From the NCBI GenBank assembly GCA_039591655.1, contig JBDHDE010000064.1, positions 1 through 28,982 of the forward strand: a DNA stretch of 28,982 nucleotides, given 5' to 3'. The notes beneath the pieces were generated by a model. It was not told the DNA's origin, searched no databases, and saw only the letters and a list, made by a program, of their open reading frames with translations. The translations under genes were made by a program, and so were the position numbers. Shown here one piece after another: positions 1 to 7,894 of the stretch (the first letter of the stretch is position 1; every line of letters begins with the position of its first letter). This DNA is from Gemmatimonadota bacterium (GTDB taxonomy: Bacteria; Gemmatimonadota; Gemmatimonadetes; Gemmatimonadales; GWC2-71-9).

Positions 1-899
1 TAACGGTCACCGCGCCGCGACCGCGACCGGCCGCCCCGTCCCGGACGCCGCCCGCCGTGGGCTCCGTCGCCGTGGCGCCGGCCAGCGCTACCACAGTGAT
101 CGGCCGCGCCGTGCAGCTCCAGGCCGTCGTCTACGACCAGCGGGGAGTCTCGCTCACCGGTCGGTCCGTCTCATGGTCATCCAGCGACCCGAACGTAGCG
201 CGGGTATCGGCCGCAGGAACGGTCACAGGCGTGTCCCAAGGAATGGCGACGATCTCCGCCTCCACCGCCGGGCACTCCGGATCGGCCAGCGTGTCAGTGG
301 GACCGACGCCGGTTGCCTCGCTCGGCGTCGCGCCGGAGCGTGCCGCCCTCGAGGTCGGAGCGACGCTACAGCTTTCCGCCACACCCCGTGACGACCGAGG
401 AGCACCCGTGACGGGGCGAGCCGTCGCGTGGCGCTCCGACAACCCCGAGGTAGCCACCGTCTCGCGCACTGGACAGGTCATGGGCGTCGCGCCCGGGAGC
501 GCCACCATCACCGCCGCCGGTGGGGGAGCCTCGGCGAGCGCGACCATCGTCGTGGAGGCGCCGGCCGCAGCCCCGGCGCCCGATCCGCGGAGCGCGATCC
601 AGGACGTGGTCGAGTCCTACCGCCGCGCCATCGAGTCGCGCGACCTCTCGGAGCTGCGCCGTGCGTACCCGGGGATGACCCCCGAGCAGGAAGACGCCTG
701 GCGCGAGTTCTTTGCCAACGTCGACGACCTCACGGCAGAGCTGCGCATCGTTGATCTCGAGATCTCGGGCGACGACGCGCGCGGGCGCATGGAGGCCACG
801 TACCAATACCGCATGAATCGCAATCAGACCCGGACGTTCGAGTTCCGCGCCACGTTCAGGCGCGGGCCGCAGGGTTGGACGTTGACGGAGGTGGAGTAG
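1..899 (+). CDS. 5'-truncated protein: Pro-rich linker, two bacterial Ig-like (BIG2) domains, C-terminal NTF2/SnoaL-like domain
   Basis: Frame is open from base 3 (TVTAPRPRPAAPSRTPPAV...). Two repeats of the BIG2 pattern (V.V.P....V...QL.A...D..G....R.V.W.S..P.VA.V...G.V.GV..G.ATI.A), then 'AIQDVVESYRRAIESRDL...FRRGPQGWTL', typical of NTF2-like folds. Stop TAG 897-899. Confidence 0.8.
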   Translation, partial: TVTAPRPRPAAPSRTPPAVGSVAVAPASATTVIGRAVQLQAVVYDQRGVSLTGRSVSWSSSDPNVARVSAAGTVTGVSQGMATISASTAGHSGSASVSVGPTPVASLGVAPERAALEVGATLQLSATPRDDRGAPVTGRAVAWRSDNPEVATVSRTGQVMGVAPGSATITAAGGGASASATIVVEAPAAAPAPDPRSAIQDVVESYRRAIESRDLSELRRAYPGMTPEQEDAWREFFANVDDLTAELRIVDLEISGDDARGRMEATYQYRMNRNQTRTFEFRATFRRGPQGWTLTEVE

Positions 900-967
900 C
901 GCACCGCCGGCTGGTGCACCTCCCACCGGTATCCTCAGGCACTTCGACAGTCAAGCAGGAGACCTGC

Positions 968-2302
968 ATGAAGCGTTGCGTGATGATCTTGCTCGCCGCC
1001 ATGGTTGTAGCTACCCCGGCCTCCGCCCAGGGGCTGCGGGAGAAGATCGGGGATCTGTTCATCTTCGGGTCGGGCGAGGATCCCCTCTTCCTCGGCGGCA
1101 CAGCCGACCCCAACAATCCCGCCTCGGTCCAGGTGCACGGCTCCCACTTCGTGCCGTCGGCGGTGGAGAGCAACGGCACGCTCATCTCGTTCCTCACCGC
1201 CGCCATCGGCACCAACATCGCGAACCTGCCAATCGGTGCGACGAGCAGCGGCCGCACGTACAGGTTCGTAGGCGGCGTGCCCGTCGCCACCGCCACGTCG
1301 CCCGGCCCGATCTTCGCCGAGCGGGCCCAGACCCTCGGGCGGGGGCGCGTGCTGGTGGGCGCCACGGTGAACGTGTTCAACTTCCAGACAGTGCGGGGGG
1401 TCCGCCTGGACAACATCGGCCTCAACTTCACCCACGCGAACGCTGATTTCGAGGGATGCGACGAGCTGCTCGGTGACGACTGCACACAGATGGGCGTGCC
1501 CGTCCTCGAGAACGACTTCATACATCTCGATCTGTCTCTCGACCTCCGGGTCACCGCAGCGCTGTTCGTGCTGAGCTACGGCCTGCTCGACTGGATGGAC
1601 ATCGGCGTGGCCATTCCGGTGATCTCCACCTCGATGCGGGGCACGAGCGCGGCGCAGGTCGTGCCGTTCGGGGGGGACGAGGCCACCCACTTCTTCGGCG
1701 GGACGCCCTCCAACCCGGACCTCGGCGCGAGCCGATTCGTGGAGGGCTCTTCCAGCGGGTTGGGCGACATCGCCGCGCGTCTCAAGATCGGATTCGCCCA
1801 GTCGGACAAGGCGGGGTTCGGCATCCTCGCCGACGCCCGGTTCGCCACGGGCAGCGAGGAGGATTTCCTCGGCTCCGGGCACACGTCCATCCGGGGCCTG
1901 GGCATCGTCTCGGGCCTGTTCGGCAACTTCTCGCCGCACGCCAACGTGGGGTACGTATACCGCAGCGGAGACATGCAGACCGACGCAGTCCTGGCCACCG
2001 TCGGCTTCGACCACGCCTTCGCCTCCTGGGCCACCCTCGCCGCCGACCTCATCACCGAGCTGCAGGTGGGCGACACGAAGCTCACCGTGCCGGGGACGGT
2101 GTCCATCGACCAGCCGTTCGACCGCACCATCGAACCGACGAACATTCCCAACATGCGGGACGACATCGTCAACGGATCCATCGGCTTCAAGTTCACGACG
2201 GCACCCGGCCTCATAGTCGTCACCAACGCGCTCATCCCCCTGAACGACGGGGGACTGCGGCCGGATGTCGCCTGGACGCTGGGGCTGGAGTACAACTTCT
2301 AG
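968..2302 (+). CDS. Outer-membrane beta-barrel protein (transporter/MetA-pathway-like channel)
   Basis: AGGAG RBS before ATG 968; Sec signal MKRCVMILLAAMVVATPASA|Q; amphipathic beta strands; 'SGLGDI..RLK' motif; C-terminal beta-signal LGLEYNF. Confidence 0.75.
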   Translation: MKRCVMILLAAMVVATPASAQGLREKIGDLFIFGSGEDPLFLGGTADPNNPASVQVHGSHFVPSAVESNGTLISFLTAAIGTNIANLPIGATSSGRTYRFVGGVPVATATSPGPIFAERAQTLGRGRVLVGATVNVFNFQTVRGVRLDNIGLNFTHANADFEGCDELLGDDCTQMGVPVLENDFIHLDLSLDLRVTAALFVLSYGLLDWMDIGVAIPVISTSMRGTSAAQVVPFGGDEATHFFGGTPSNPDLGASRFVEGSSSGLGDIAARLKIGFAQSDKAGFGILADARFATGSEEDFLGSGHTSIRGLGIVSGLFGNFSPHANVGYVYRSGDMQTDAVLATVGFDHAFASWATLAADLITELQVGDTKLTVPGTVSIDQPFDRTIEPTNIPNMRDDIVNGSIGFKFTTAPGLIVVTNALIPLNDGGLRPDVAWTLGLEYNF

Positions 2303-2329
2303 GACCGCACCTGCAAGCCGCGAGAGAAC

Positions 2330-2359
2330 ATCGGCCCGCGCGAAGGCGTGCGGGCCGAT
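2330..2359 (+). terminator. Terminator-like hairpin between convergent genes
   Basis: ATCGGCCCGCGCG-AAGG-CGTGCGGGCCGAT, 13-bp stem with one G-U on +; weak U tail. Confidence 0.55.
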
Positions 2360-2401
2360 TCGCTGCCTACGACCCCGCCCCGTACGCCACGAAGAAGTCC
2401 G

Positions 2402-3223
2402 TCACGCGGCCTCCCGTCCCACCGCCACCACGAACTCCCCGGGGATCTCGTAGCGCTCCCCATTCCGGTACGGCTCGATGGAGGCCAGGTACTCCGCGTG
2501 GGTTTCCTCTCTCGTGGCCTCGTCGAAGCGGGAGTACGCCAGCGCCACCGGCCCGCCAACGAAGGCAGCGCCGATGGCATCCTCCGGAGTGTCGTAGTCC
2601 AGCCGGGTAAGGAGTCGTACGACCTCGACCTCTGGGAAGCCCGCCAGCGTGTACGCCATGCGCAGGGCGTCTCCCGTGCCGAGCTGGAAGAAGAGAGGGC
2701 AGACCTCGGACTCGACCCGCGCATCGACGATCGGGAAGATCTCGGCCCAACCGCAGCGCTCCCTTGCACCCCACACGGCGGATACCGCCCTGCCGCCGGG
2801 GCGCAGCACACGACGCATCTCCCGCAGCGAAGCTACCGGATCGGGGAAGTACATCAGGCCCAGAGCGCAGAGCGCCGCGTCGAAGGAGGCCTCCGGAAAC
2901 TTCAGCTCCTCCCCGTCCATCCGCTGAAACGTCGTGTTGTCGTGGCCGAGCTTCTCAGCCGTGACGCGCACCGCGTCCACCATCCTGTCGGAGATGTCGG
3001 TGCCGACGACGCTCCCCTCACTCCCCACAGCGGCCGCCGCGGGTAGCGTCACCAGTCCAGTACCGCAGGCAACGTCGAGCACCCGCTCCCCCTGCTCGAG
3101 CTCCGCCAGCTCCAACAGCCGGGTCTGGGCCGGCTCGAGCTGCTGCGCCCAGAACTGCTCGTAGTCGGACGAGGCCTTGTCCCAGCCGTAGCGCTGGACG
3201 CGCCGCTGTAGCCTCGCGTCCAT
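2402..3223 (-). CDS. Class I SAM-dependent methyltransferase (UbiE/COQ5-like)
   Basis: Motif I VLDVACGTG, 'VVGTDIS', 'MDGEELKFPEASFDAALC', 'LRPGG'. Confidence 0.9.
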   Translation of the reverse strand: MDARLQRRVQRYGWDKASSDYEQFWAQQLEPAQTRLLELAELEQGERVLDVACGTGLVTLPAAAAVGSEGSVVGTDISDRMVDAVRVTAEKLGHDNTTFQRMDGEELKFPEASFDAALCALGLMYFPDPVASLREMRRVLRPGGRAVSAVWGARERCGWAEIFPIVDARVESEVCPLFFQLGTGDALRMAYTLAGFPEVEVVRLLTRLDYDTPEDAIGAAFVGGPVALAYSRFDEATREETHAEYLASIEPYRNGERYEIPGEFVVAVGREAA

Positions 3224-3226
3224 GAC

Positions 3227-3748
3227 TCAGGCCTCCTGCGTGGTGCTGATACGCACCTCGCGCCGCACGTCCATCGGGCGCGTCCACACGTCGAGGTAGG
3301 CACAGTGGCGGTCCGCCTCGTCCAGCATCCGGAGGACGTCCGCTTCGGGGGCAGGGCTCTCCACCGTGACGATGTAGCGGGCCCGGAGGTAGCCCACCGG
3401 CACGTCGGCCAGGCCGTACTCTCCCCGGGCGTCGTAGTCAGCCTGCACCTCGACTTCCAGGCTCGTGAGTGGCACTCCCAGCCTGGCCGCCCAGAGCCCG
3501 TACGCGACGGTGAGACACGAGCCCAGGGCTGCCCGGCCGATCACTCCCGGGTTGGGACCGGTGTTGCTGCCGCCCGACTTCTCGCTCATGTCCACGAGGA
3601 CCCGCCACGGTCCCTCCTCCGCCTCGCAGGCGAGCCCCTCTCGGAGCCGCACCTTTGTGACGGCGGTGCCCTGCCCCAAGTAGGGCCTTTCGGAGAGAGC
3701 CTTCACGCTCCGCTCCACGGCGGTCTTGATGCGCGCTTGTGCTTCCAT
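3227..3748 (-). CDS. OsmC/Ohr-like family protein
   Basis: 'DMSEKSGGSNTGPNPG...AALGSCL' and second Cys in 'ADRHCAYLD'; 3 nt from the methyltransferase start. Confidence 0.85.
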   Translation of the reverse strand: MEAQARIKTAVERSVKALSERPYLGQGTAVTKVRLREGLACEAEEGPWRVLVDMSEKSGGSNTGPNPGVIGRAALGSCLTVAYGLWAARLGVPLTSLEVEVQADYDARGEYGLADVPVGYLRARYIVTVESPAPEADVLRMLDEADRHCAYLDVWTRPMDVRREVRISTTQEA

Positions 3749-4050
3749 GAACCGGATTCCATTCGCGTTGGTGTGCGCTGCCCTCCGGGAGTGGTCGCCA
3801 CCCCCGACAACAAGTTATGCCTCGGTCTCATAGGGACATGCGGGGAACGCGCCCGGGAGGGGACACCGGCCCGGCCCCGGGCAGGCAGGATCTGCGCGCG
3901 GTGGCCGGGAGGAGAGGCCTAGGGGTCGCCGGCCCGGGCACCGCGGCCCGACAGGGCGTGGTTGAAGGGAGTGGCTGAATCGTGGCGGCTGTCCCATCGC
4001 TCGCTACCGTAAAGCGTTGTATACCAATGAGTTGAAAAACATGAAACCAG

Positions 4051-4076
4051 GTATTGCGAAATACGTAATACGTAAT
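4051..4076. repeat. Candidate operator: inverted repeat plus tandem 7-bp repeat overlapping the promoter
   Basis: GTATT-gcga-AATAC (4051-4064) overlapping AATACGT-AATACGT-AAT (4060-4076), which contains two TACGTA palindromes. Confidence 0.55.
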
Positions 4077-4082
4077 TACACT
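4054..4082 (+). promoter_or_regulatory. Sigma70-type promoter of the RHH/MerC-like operon
   Basis: TTGCGA (4054-4059), 17-bp spacer, TACACT (4077-4082), in an AT-rich patch about 50 nt before ATG 4132. Confidence 0.7.
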
Positions 4083-4131
4083 ACGTTCCAGGTCAGGGAA
4101 AGCAGATCACCGAACAGGAACCGAGGCGGCG

Positions 4132-4557
4132 ATGACCGAGATCAACCTCTCCCAGATCTGGGGTCGCATCCGCGACGAGCTGAAGACCAAGGGCATCGAC
4201 CTGGACACCGGGTGCTGCGACGCCGCGGAGGGCTCCCCGCTCAAGGTGGTATGCATGGCGGGCGGTCTGTCGGACTCCCTCAGGGAGATGGGGAGGACCA
4301 CCAGGGACCAGGTCGTGATGGTCCGCATCGACGAGGACACCAGCAGGAAGCTCGACCATTGGGTGGAGACCGGCGCCTTCAAGAGCCGCTCCGAGGCTGC
4401 GGCGCTGTTCATCCGCGAGGGCCTGAAAGTGCATGCCCGGGAGTTGGACGAGCTGGACGAGGCGTTGCAGGGCGTGGAGAACGCCAAGGATCGCCTCCGC
4501 CGGAAGGCCCGCCAGGTGTTCGAGCCGGAGCCGGAAACGGAGACAGAGGAGAGCTGA
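4132..4557 (+). CDS. Ribbon-helix-helix (CopG/Arc/MetJ-like) DNA-binding protein with N-terminal Cys28-Cys29/Cys41 and C-terminal coiled coil
   Basis: 'DQVVMVRIDEDTSRKLDHWVETGAFKSRSEAAALFIREGL' fits the RHH strand-helix-(SRSE)-helix pattern; GAGG RBS; good coding-style codon use. Confidence 0.8.
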   Translation: MTEINLSQIWGRIRDELKTKGIDLDTGCCDAAEGSPLKVVCMAGGLSDSLREMGRTTRDQVVMVRIDEDTSRKLDHWVETGAFKSRSEAAALFIREGLKVHARELDELDEALQGVENAKDRLRRKARQVFEPEPETETEES

Positions 4558-4597
4558 GCCGCGCGCGCCGGCGCGCACGCTCTCAGGAGGGATGACG

Positions 4598-4978
4598 ATG
4601 TCCTGCAACTGCTGCGATTCGCACTGCCACTGCAATGCCGTCGTGGTCGTCGGCGGCCTGCCACTCGTGTTGGCAGTGGGGGCAACGATCTACGGGCTGG
4701 TGAAGCTGATCGGTCTCGTCAGTCTAAACGTGTCGCTGCCGCCGGTGGTGTGGATCCCGCTTTCCGTCCTGGCAGTGGCGGGAACGCTCTGGGGACTCTG
4801 GCTCGGCTTCACCGTCCACGGGCGCGCCGAGCCCCTCGCCGTGGGTGCCTTCGGCCTGCTGGTGACGGCCCTCGGGTTCGTGCTCTTCGCGCCGCTGGCT
4901 CTGGTGGGCGTGCTCATCGTCCTCGGGGCAGCCGTGTGGAGCGCCGTGGCGTACCGGGCGCGGAGCGCCCAGGCCTGA
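4598..4978 (+). CDS. Small MerC-like membrane protein with Cys/His-rich N-terminus
   Basis: AGGAGG RBS 7 nt before ATG 4598; MSCNCCDSHCHC followed by about 4 hydrophobic helices; 'LWLGFTVHGRAEPLAVG..GL' resembles the MerC-domain loop (L..G...H....PL..G..G). Confidence 0.7.
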   Translation: MSCNCCDSHCHCNAVVVVGGLPLVLAVGATIYGLVKLIGLVSLNVSLPPVVWIPLSVLAVAGTLWGLWLGFTVHGRAEPLAVGAFGLLVTALGFVLFAPLALVGVLIVLGAAVWSAVAYRARSAQA

Positions 4979-5001
4979 CGGCCACCCGGCCCCCGTACGA
5001 T

Positions 5002-5025
5002 GGCGGCGCCCCTCGGGGCGCCGCC
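5002..5025. terminator. GC-rich terminator-like hairpin after the MerC-like gene
   Basis: Perfect inverted repeat GGCGGCGCCCC-TC-GGGGCGCCGCC between convergent transcription units. Confidence 0.6.
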
Positions 5026-5051
5026 GGTTCTCCAACCAGCCGCGTCGTGCC

Positions 5052-5156
5052 CTAGCCACCCGCGCCGGTGGATCCACACCCAACCATTAGGACGGCGAGT
5101 ACAACGGCGAGGCGTAGCCCGTGGCCCACCCACGTCACTAGTACAGAAATGTTCAT
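5052..5156 (-). CDS. 34-aa ORF: lipoprotein-type signal peptide plus 8 residues (micro-lipoprotein or truncated remnant)
   Basis: AGGGAGG 7 nt before ATG; MNISVLVTWVGHGLRLAVVLAVLMVGC-GSTGAGG*; too short for the supplied ORF track. Confidence 0.5.
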   Translation of the reverse strand: MNISVLVTWVGHGLRLAVVLAVLMVGCGSTGAGG

Positions 5157-5207
5157 CTGTGATCCTCCCTTCACGTTCTCTGCCCTTCGGACCTCACTGT
5201 CCCGCGG

Positions 5208-7115
5208 CTATTCCAGCCGATATGCCACAACCCGGTTGTCTACGAAGGTCGGGATGACGAGCAGGCTCCGCTCCGCGACCAGCTCGAAGTCCGCCGTGTT
5301 TTGCAGCTCGGGCATCGTGTCCAGAATGCGGATCACCTCGCCCCCGGGGGTGATGCTGTAGGTCCGCCCCTCCCAGTGGGAGACCAGGAAGTTTCCCTCG
5401 TCGTCCACACGAATCCCGTCGATGATCCCCGGGGCGAGTGACACGATCCGCTCGACCTTCCCGTCACTGAGACGCAGCCGCTTGAGGAACCCGTCCCCCG
5501 AGTTCCCCACGATGAGGTGCCCGTCGTGCACCCACAGCCCGTTGGCCCGGCTGATCCCCGCGTTGGCCCACACCTCGAAGCTGCCGTTCCTGAACCGGTA
5601 GATGCGGCTGTCCTCCCAACTCGACGGCCGCGTGTCGGAGATGTAGATGTTCCCCTCGTCATCGATCACGAGATCGTTGGGGAAGTCGGCATCGGGTATC
5701 TCGTGACGAGCCGCGATTTGGCCGGTCTCGAGGTCGATGGCGGTCAGGTGCCGCCGCTCACAGAGCCAGAGGGTGTCCCGGTAGATATCCATGCCCGTGG
5801 GCGCGTGCAGCCCGGTCACCCACTGGTGCTCCAGGACATCACCGTCGAGAGAGAGCTTGGACAGGTAGCCGGTGACCTCCTGCTTCTGATTGAACTCGCT
5901 GTCGAAGCTCGTGACGTACAGGATCTCCCGCGCGGGGTCGTACAGCACCGATTCCGGCGTGAGGAACACCTGCTCCGTCTCCCACACCTTCGTGAGCCGG
6001 CCGGGGTCCTCCAGGGGCGGCAACAACTCCGGATCGGCCTGCATCATGAAGCCCCAGCCGCCGAACCGCTCCGTGACCATGAGGAGGACTTCGTTCAATC
6101 CCCTCTCGAGCCGCACGTGCACGGCGTCGTTCAGGCCGACGACGCCGAGGAAGGAGCGGTCCCGTGACCGGTACGCGCTATTGCCCGAGAACACCTTCCG
6201 CCCGTTAACGAACAGATCCACCTCGTCGCTGTAGCCGAAGGAGAGTCGCACGTCCTGCTCCTCGTCCGAGCGGAAAATCGTGCGGGCCAGCACCACGTCG
6301 CCCGTCTCGTACTCGCGCCTCACGTGGCGGGCGATGTCCACGAGGCCGGAGGGCTCGGCCACGGCTGGGCGCCACTGCGAGTAGAAGATGGCGTAGAAGT
6401 GGGGGTAACCCTCGCGGGACACTCGGTCCGCCGGGTAGGTGCGCGACACGGACCAGTCCGTGACGAGGCCGGCAACCGGCTCCAGCGCGGCCGCCTCCGT
6501 GAACGTGAGGGCGTCGTCGGCGCGGTACCGGAAGTTGGAGAAGTACGCCGAGCCGTCCTTCGGTCCCGAGAGCCCAATGGTGCCCTTGCTGATCCCGTGC
6601 TTGAGATCCGTGACGACCAGTGCAGGCGTCTCCATGTCGCCCAGGAACACGCGTGCCTGCGTGCCGTTCACCTCCAGTTTCAGATGCACCCACTCATCGA
6701 TGGGGACTTCCGCCCCGGCGGTGAAGCCGTCACCGTGATACAGCTGCCAACCCGCGACCCGGTTGATCACCGGGGTGTACTGCAACGCGTCCGGGTACAG
6801 TCCCGCACGGTGCGGCCGGACGTAGAAGCGCTCGTAGTTCTCCTCCGACTGTATCCGGAACACGAGGCCCGGGTAGGAGCGCCTCCCGTCCACGGCCACG
6901 TCCACCTCGATCACGCCGTTCTCGAACTCCAGGTCCTCGAGGAAAGCCACACCCTTGAGACTGGGACGCCCCATGTGCTCTACGAGCTCGGCGTCCACGA
7001 GCTGCCAGCGGACGGAGTCGAAGGGGACCGTTTGCAGCTGCGCCCGCGCGCCCGGGGCTGCGAGGAGTGAGGCGATCAGCAGTACGCGAGCGATGCGCAA
7101 AGGGGTGCTCGTCAT
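5208..7115 (-). CDS. Secreted multidomain protein: concanavalin/DUF1080-like beta-sandwich, second beta-sandwich, and SMP-30/gluconolactonase-like beta-propeller
   Basis: Signal peptide (...APGARA|Q); 'FENGVIEVDV...W..LKLEV.G.QARVF...G.IGL...AYFSNF'; 'GYSDEV.LFVNG...GLNEVL'; propeller blades 'TPESV','APTGM','FPNDL','RANGL','IIDGI','NTADF'. Confidence 0.7.
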   Translation of the reverse strand: MTSTPLRIARVLLIASLLAAPGARAQLQTVPFDSVRWQLVDAELVEHMGRPSLKGVAFLEDLEFENGVIEVDVAVDGRRSYPGLVFRIQSEENYERFYVRPHRAGLYPDALQYTPVINRVAGWQLYHGDGFTAGAEVPIDEWVHLKLEVNGTQARVFLGDMETPALVVTDLKHGISKGTIGLSGPKDGSAYFSNFRYRADDALTFTEAAALEPVAGLVTDWSVSRTYPADRVSREGYPHFYAIFYSQWRPAVAEPSGLVDIARHVRREYETGDVVLARTIFRSDEEQDVRLSFGYSDEVDLFVNGRKVFSGNSAYRSRDRSFLGVVGLNDAVHVRLERGLNEVLLMVTERFGGWGFMMQADPELLPPLEDPGRLTKVWETEQVFLTPESVLYDPAREILYVTSFDSEFNQKQEVTGYLSKLSLDGDVLEHQWVTGLHAPTGMDIYRDTLWLCERRHLTAIDLETGQIAARHEIPDADFPNDLVIDDEGNIYISDTRPSSWEDSRIYRFRNGSFEVWANAGISRANGLWVHDGHLIVGNSGDGFLKRLRLSDGKVERIVSLAPGIIDGIRVDDEGNFLVSHWEGRTYSITPGGEVIRILDTMPELQNTADFELVAERSLLVIPTFVDNRVVAYRLE

Positions 7116-7158
7116 CGACTATTGCCCCGCGGATAGGGTCGTCCGGCTCAGCGACAAC

Positions 7159-7185
7159 AGCGACGCCCGTCCTTCGGGCGTCGCT
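7159..7185. other. Perfect 11-bp hairpin upstream of the 635-aa gene (terminator or leader structure)
   Basis: AGCGACGCCCG-TCCTT-CGGGCGTCGCT, about 44 nt upstream of the ATG at 7115. Confidence 0.5.
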
Positions 7186-7348
7186 CCACCAATGAGTACA
7201 TCAAAGGGTGACGCCCAGGTTTCAGGAGTGATGTGGTCGGAATTTGCTGCGTCGGAAGGGAGAGTGCGGGTTTTGCAGCTGCTCGCACCCCTACACGGCT
7301 CCAACGCCGTACCCCGCGCGAAGCCGGGGGCTCAAGTGTAGGAGGCGG

Positions 7349-7747
7349 CTAGACTCCGGCCAGCAACGCGCTGCGGCGGCACCCGGTGCAGTGCACCTCC
7401 TGCATCCTCACGCCTTCCCGCACATCGGTGGGTCCCAGCAGGAGGTATCCGCCGCACAGCGGGCAGGCAGCGCTGATATCCGGGCGGAGAACCATCTGGC
7501 GGATGAGCTGCATCTCCTCGACGGGGAACTGCCCCGCTGCCGGGCGGCGGCGCTCGCGCGGCGTGCGGCGCTCGCGCTCGGCACGGCGATCGCTGCCGGC
7601 GCGCCGCTCGACATCCACCGGGAGCGCCGTCGCCCGCCGATCGGACTTGCGGCGCTCACTCCCGGACCGGCGCTCGCCGCCGGAGCGGAGATCCGCAAGG
7701 AACCGCCGCAGACCCTCAACCGGGCCGGAGGGGCTTCGCTCAACCAT
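7349..7747 (-). CDS. Hypothetical protein with tandem (E/D)RR repeats and a C-terminal zinc ribbon
   Basis: ERRSGSERRKSDRR...ERRAGSDRRAERERRTPRERRR, then CPLC-x~20-CTGC. Start uncertain (7747 chosen; frame open to 7834). Confidence 0.65.
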   Translation of the reverse strand: MVERSPSGPVEGLRRFLADLRSGGERRSGSERRKSDRRATALPVDVERRAGSDRRAERERRTPRERRRPAAGQFPVEEMQLIRQMVLRPDISAACPLCGGYLLLGPTDVREGVRMQEVHCTGCRRSALLAGV

Positions 7748-7894
7748 CGCCGAAAGCTCGCGACACTGGGTGCTCCGAGGTGCTGTGATCCACCGACACT
7801 GATCTACGCCGCGGACCGTGGTTCCGCCAGTCAAGCGGAGGTCCGGGATGTCGGGCGACTCAAGGTAGCACGTCCCGTGCCACCCAATGGCCGG

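Noticed and set aside
2402..3223. Methyltransferase as arsenite methyltransferase ArsM
   Set aside because: It has Cys residues but not the ArsM pattern I would expect; kept as a generic class I methyltransferase.
7195..7226. ECF-type promoter (TGAAAC...TGTACT) on the minus strand
   Set aside because: Spacing and -10 element do not fit a consensus I can support.
7540..7690. Repeated cggcgctc-like units as a DNA repeat or CRISPR array
   Set aside because: They are the codons of the ERR peptide repeats; there is no repeat-spacer structure.
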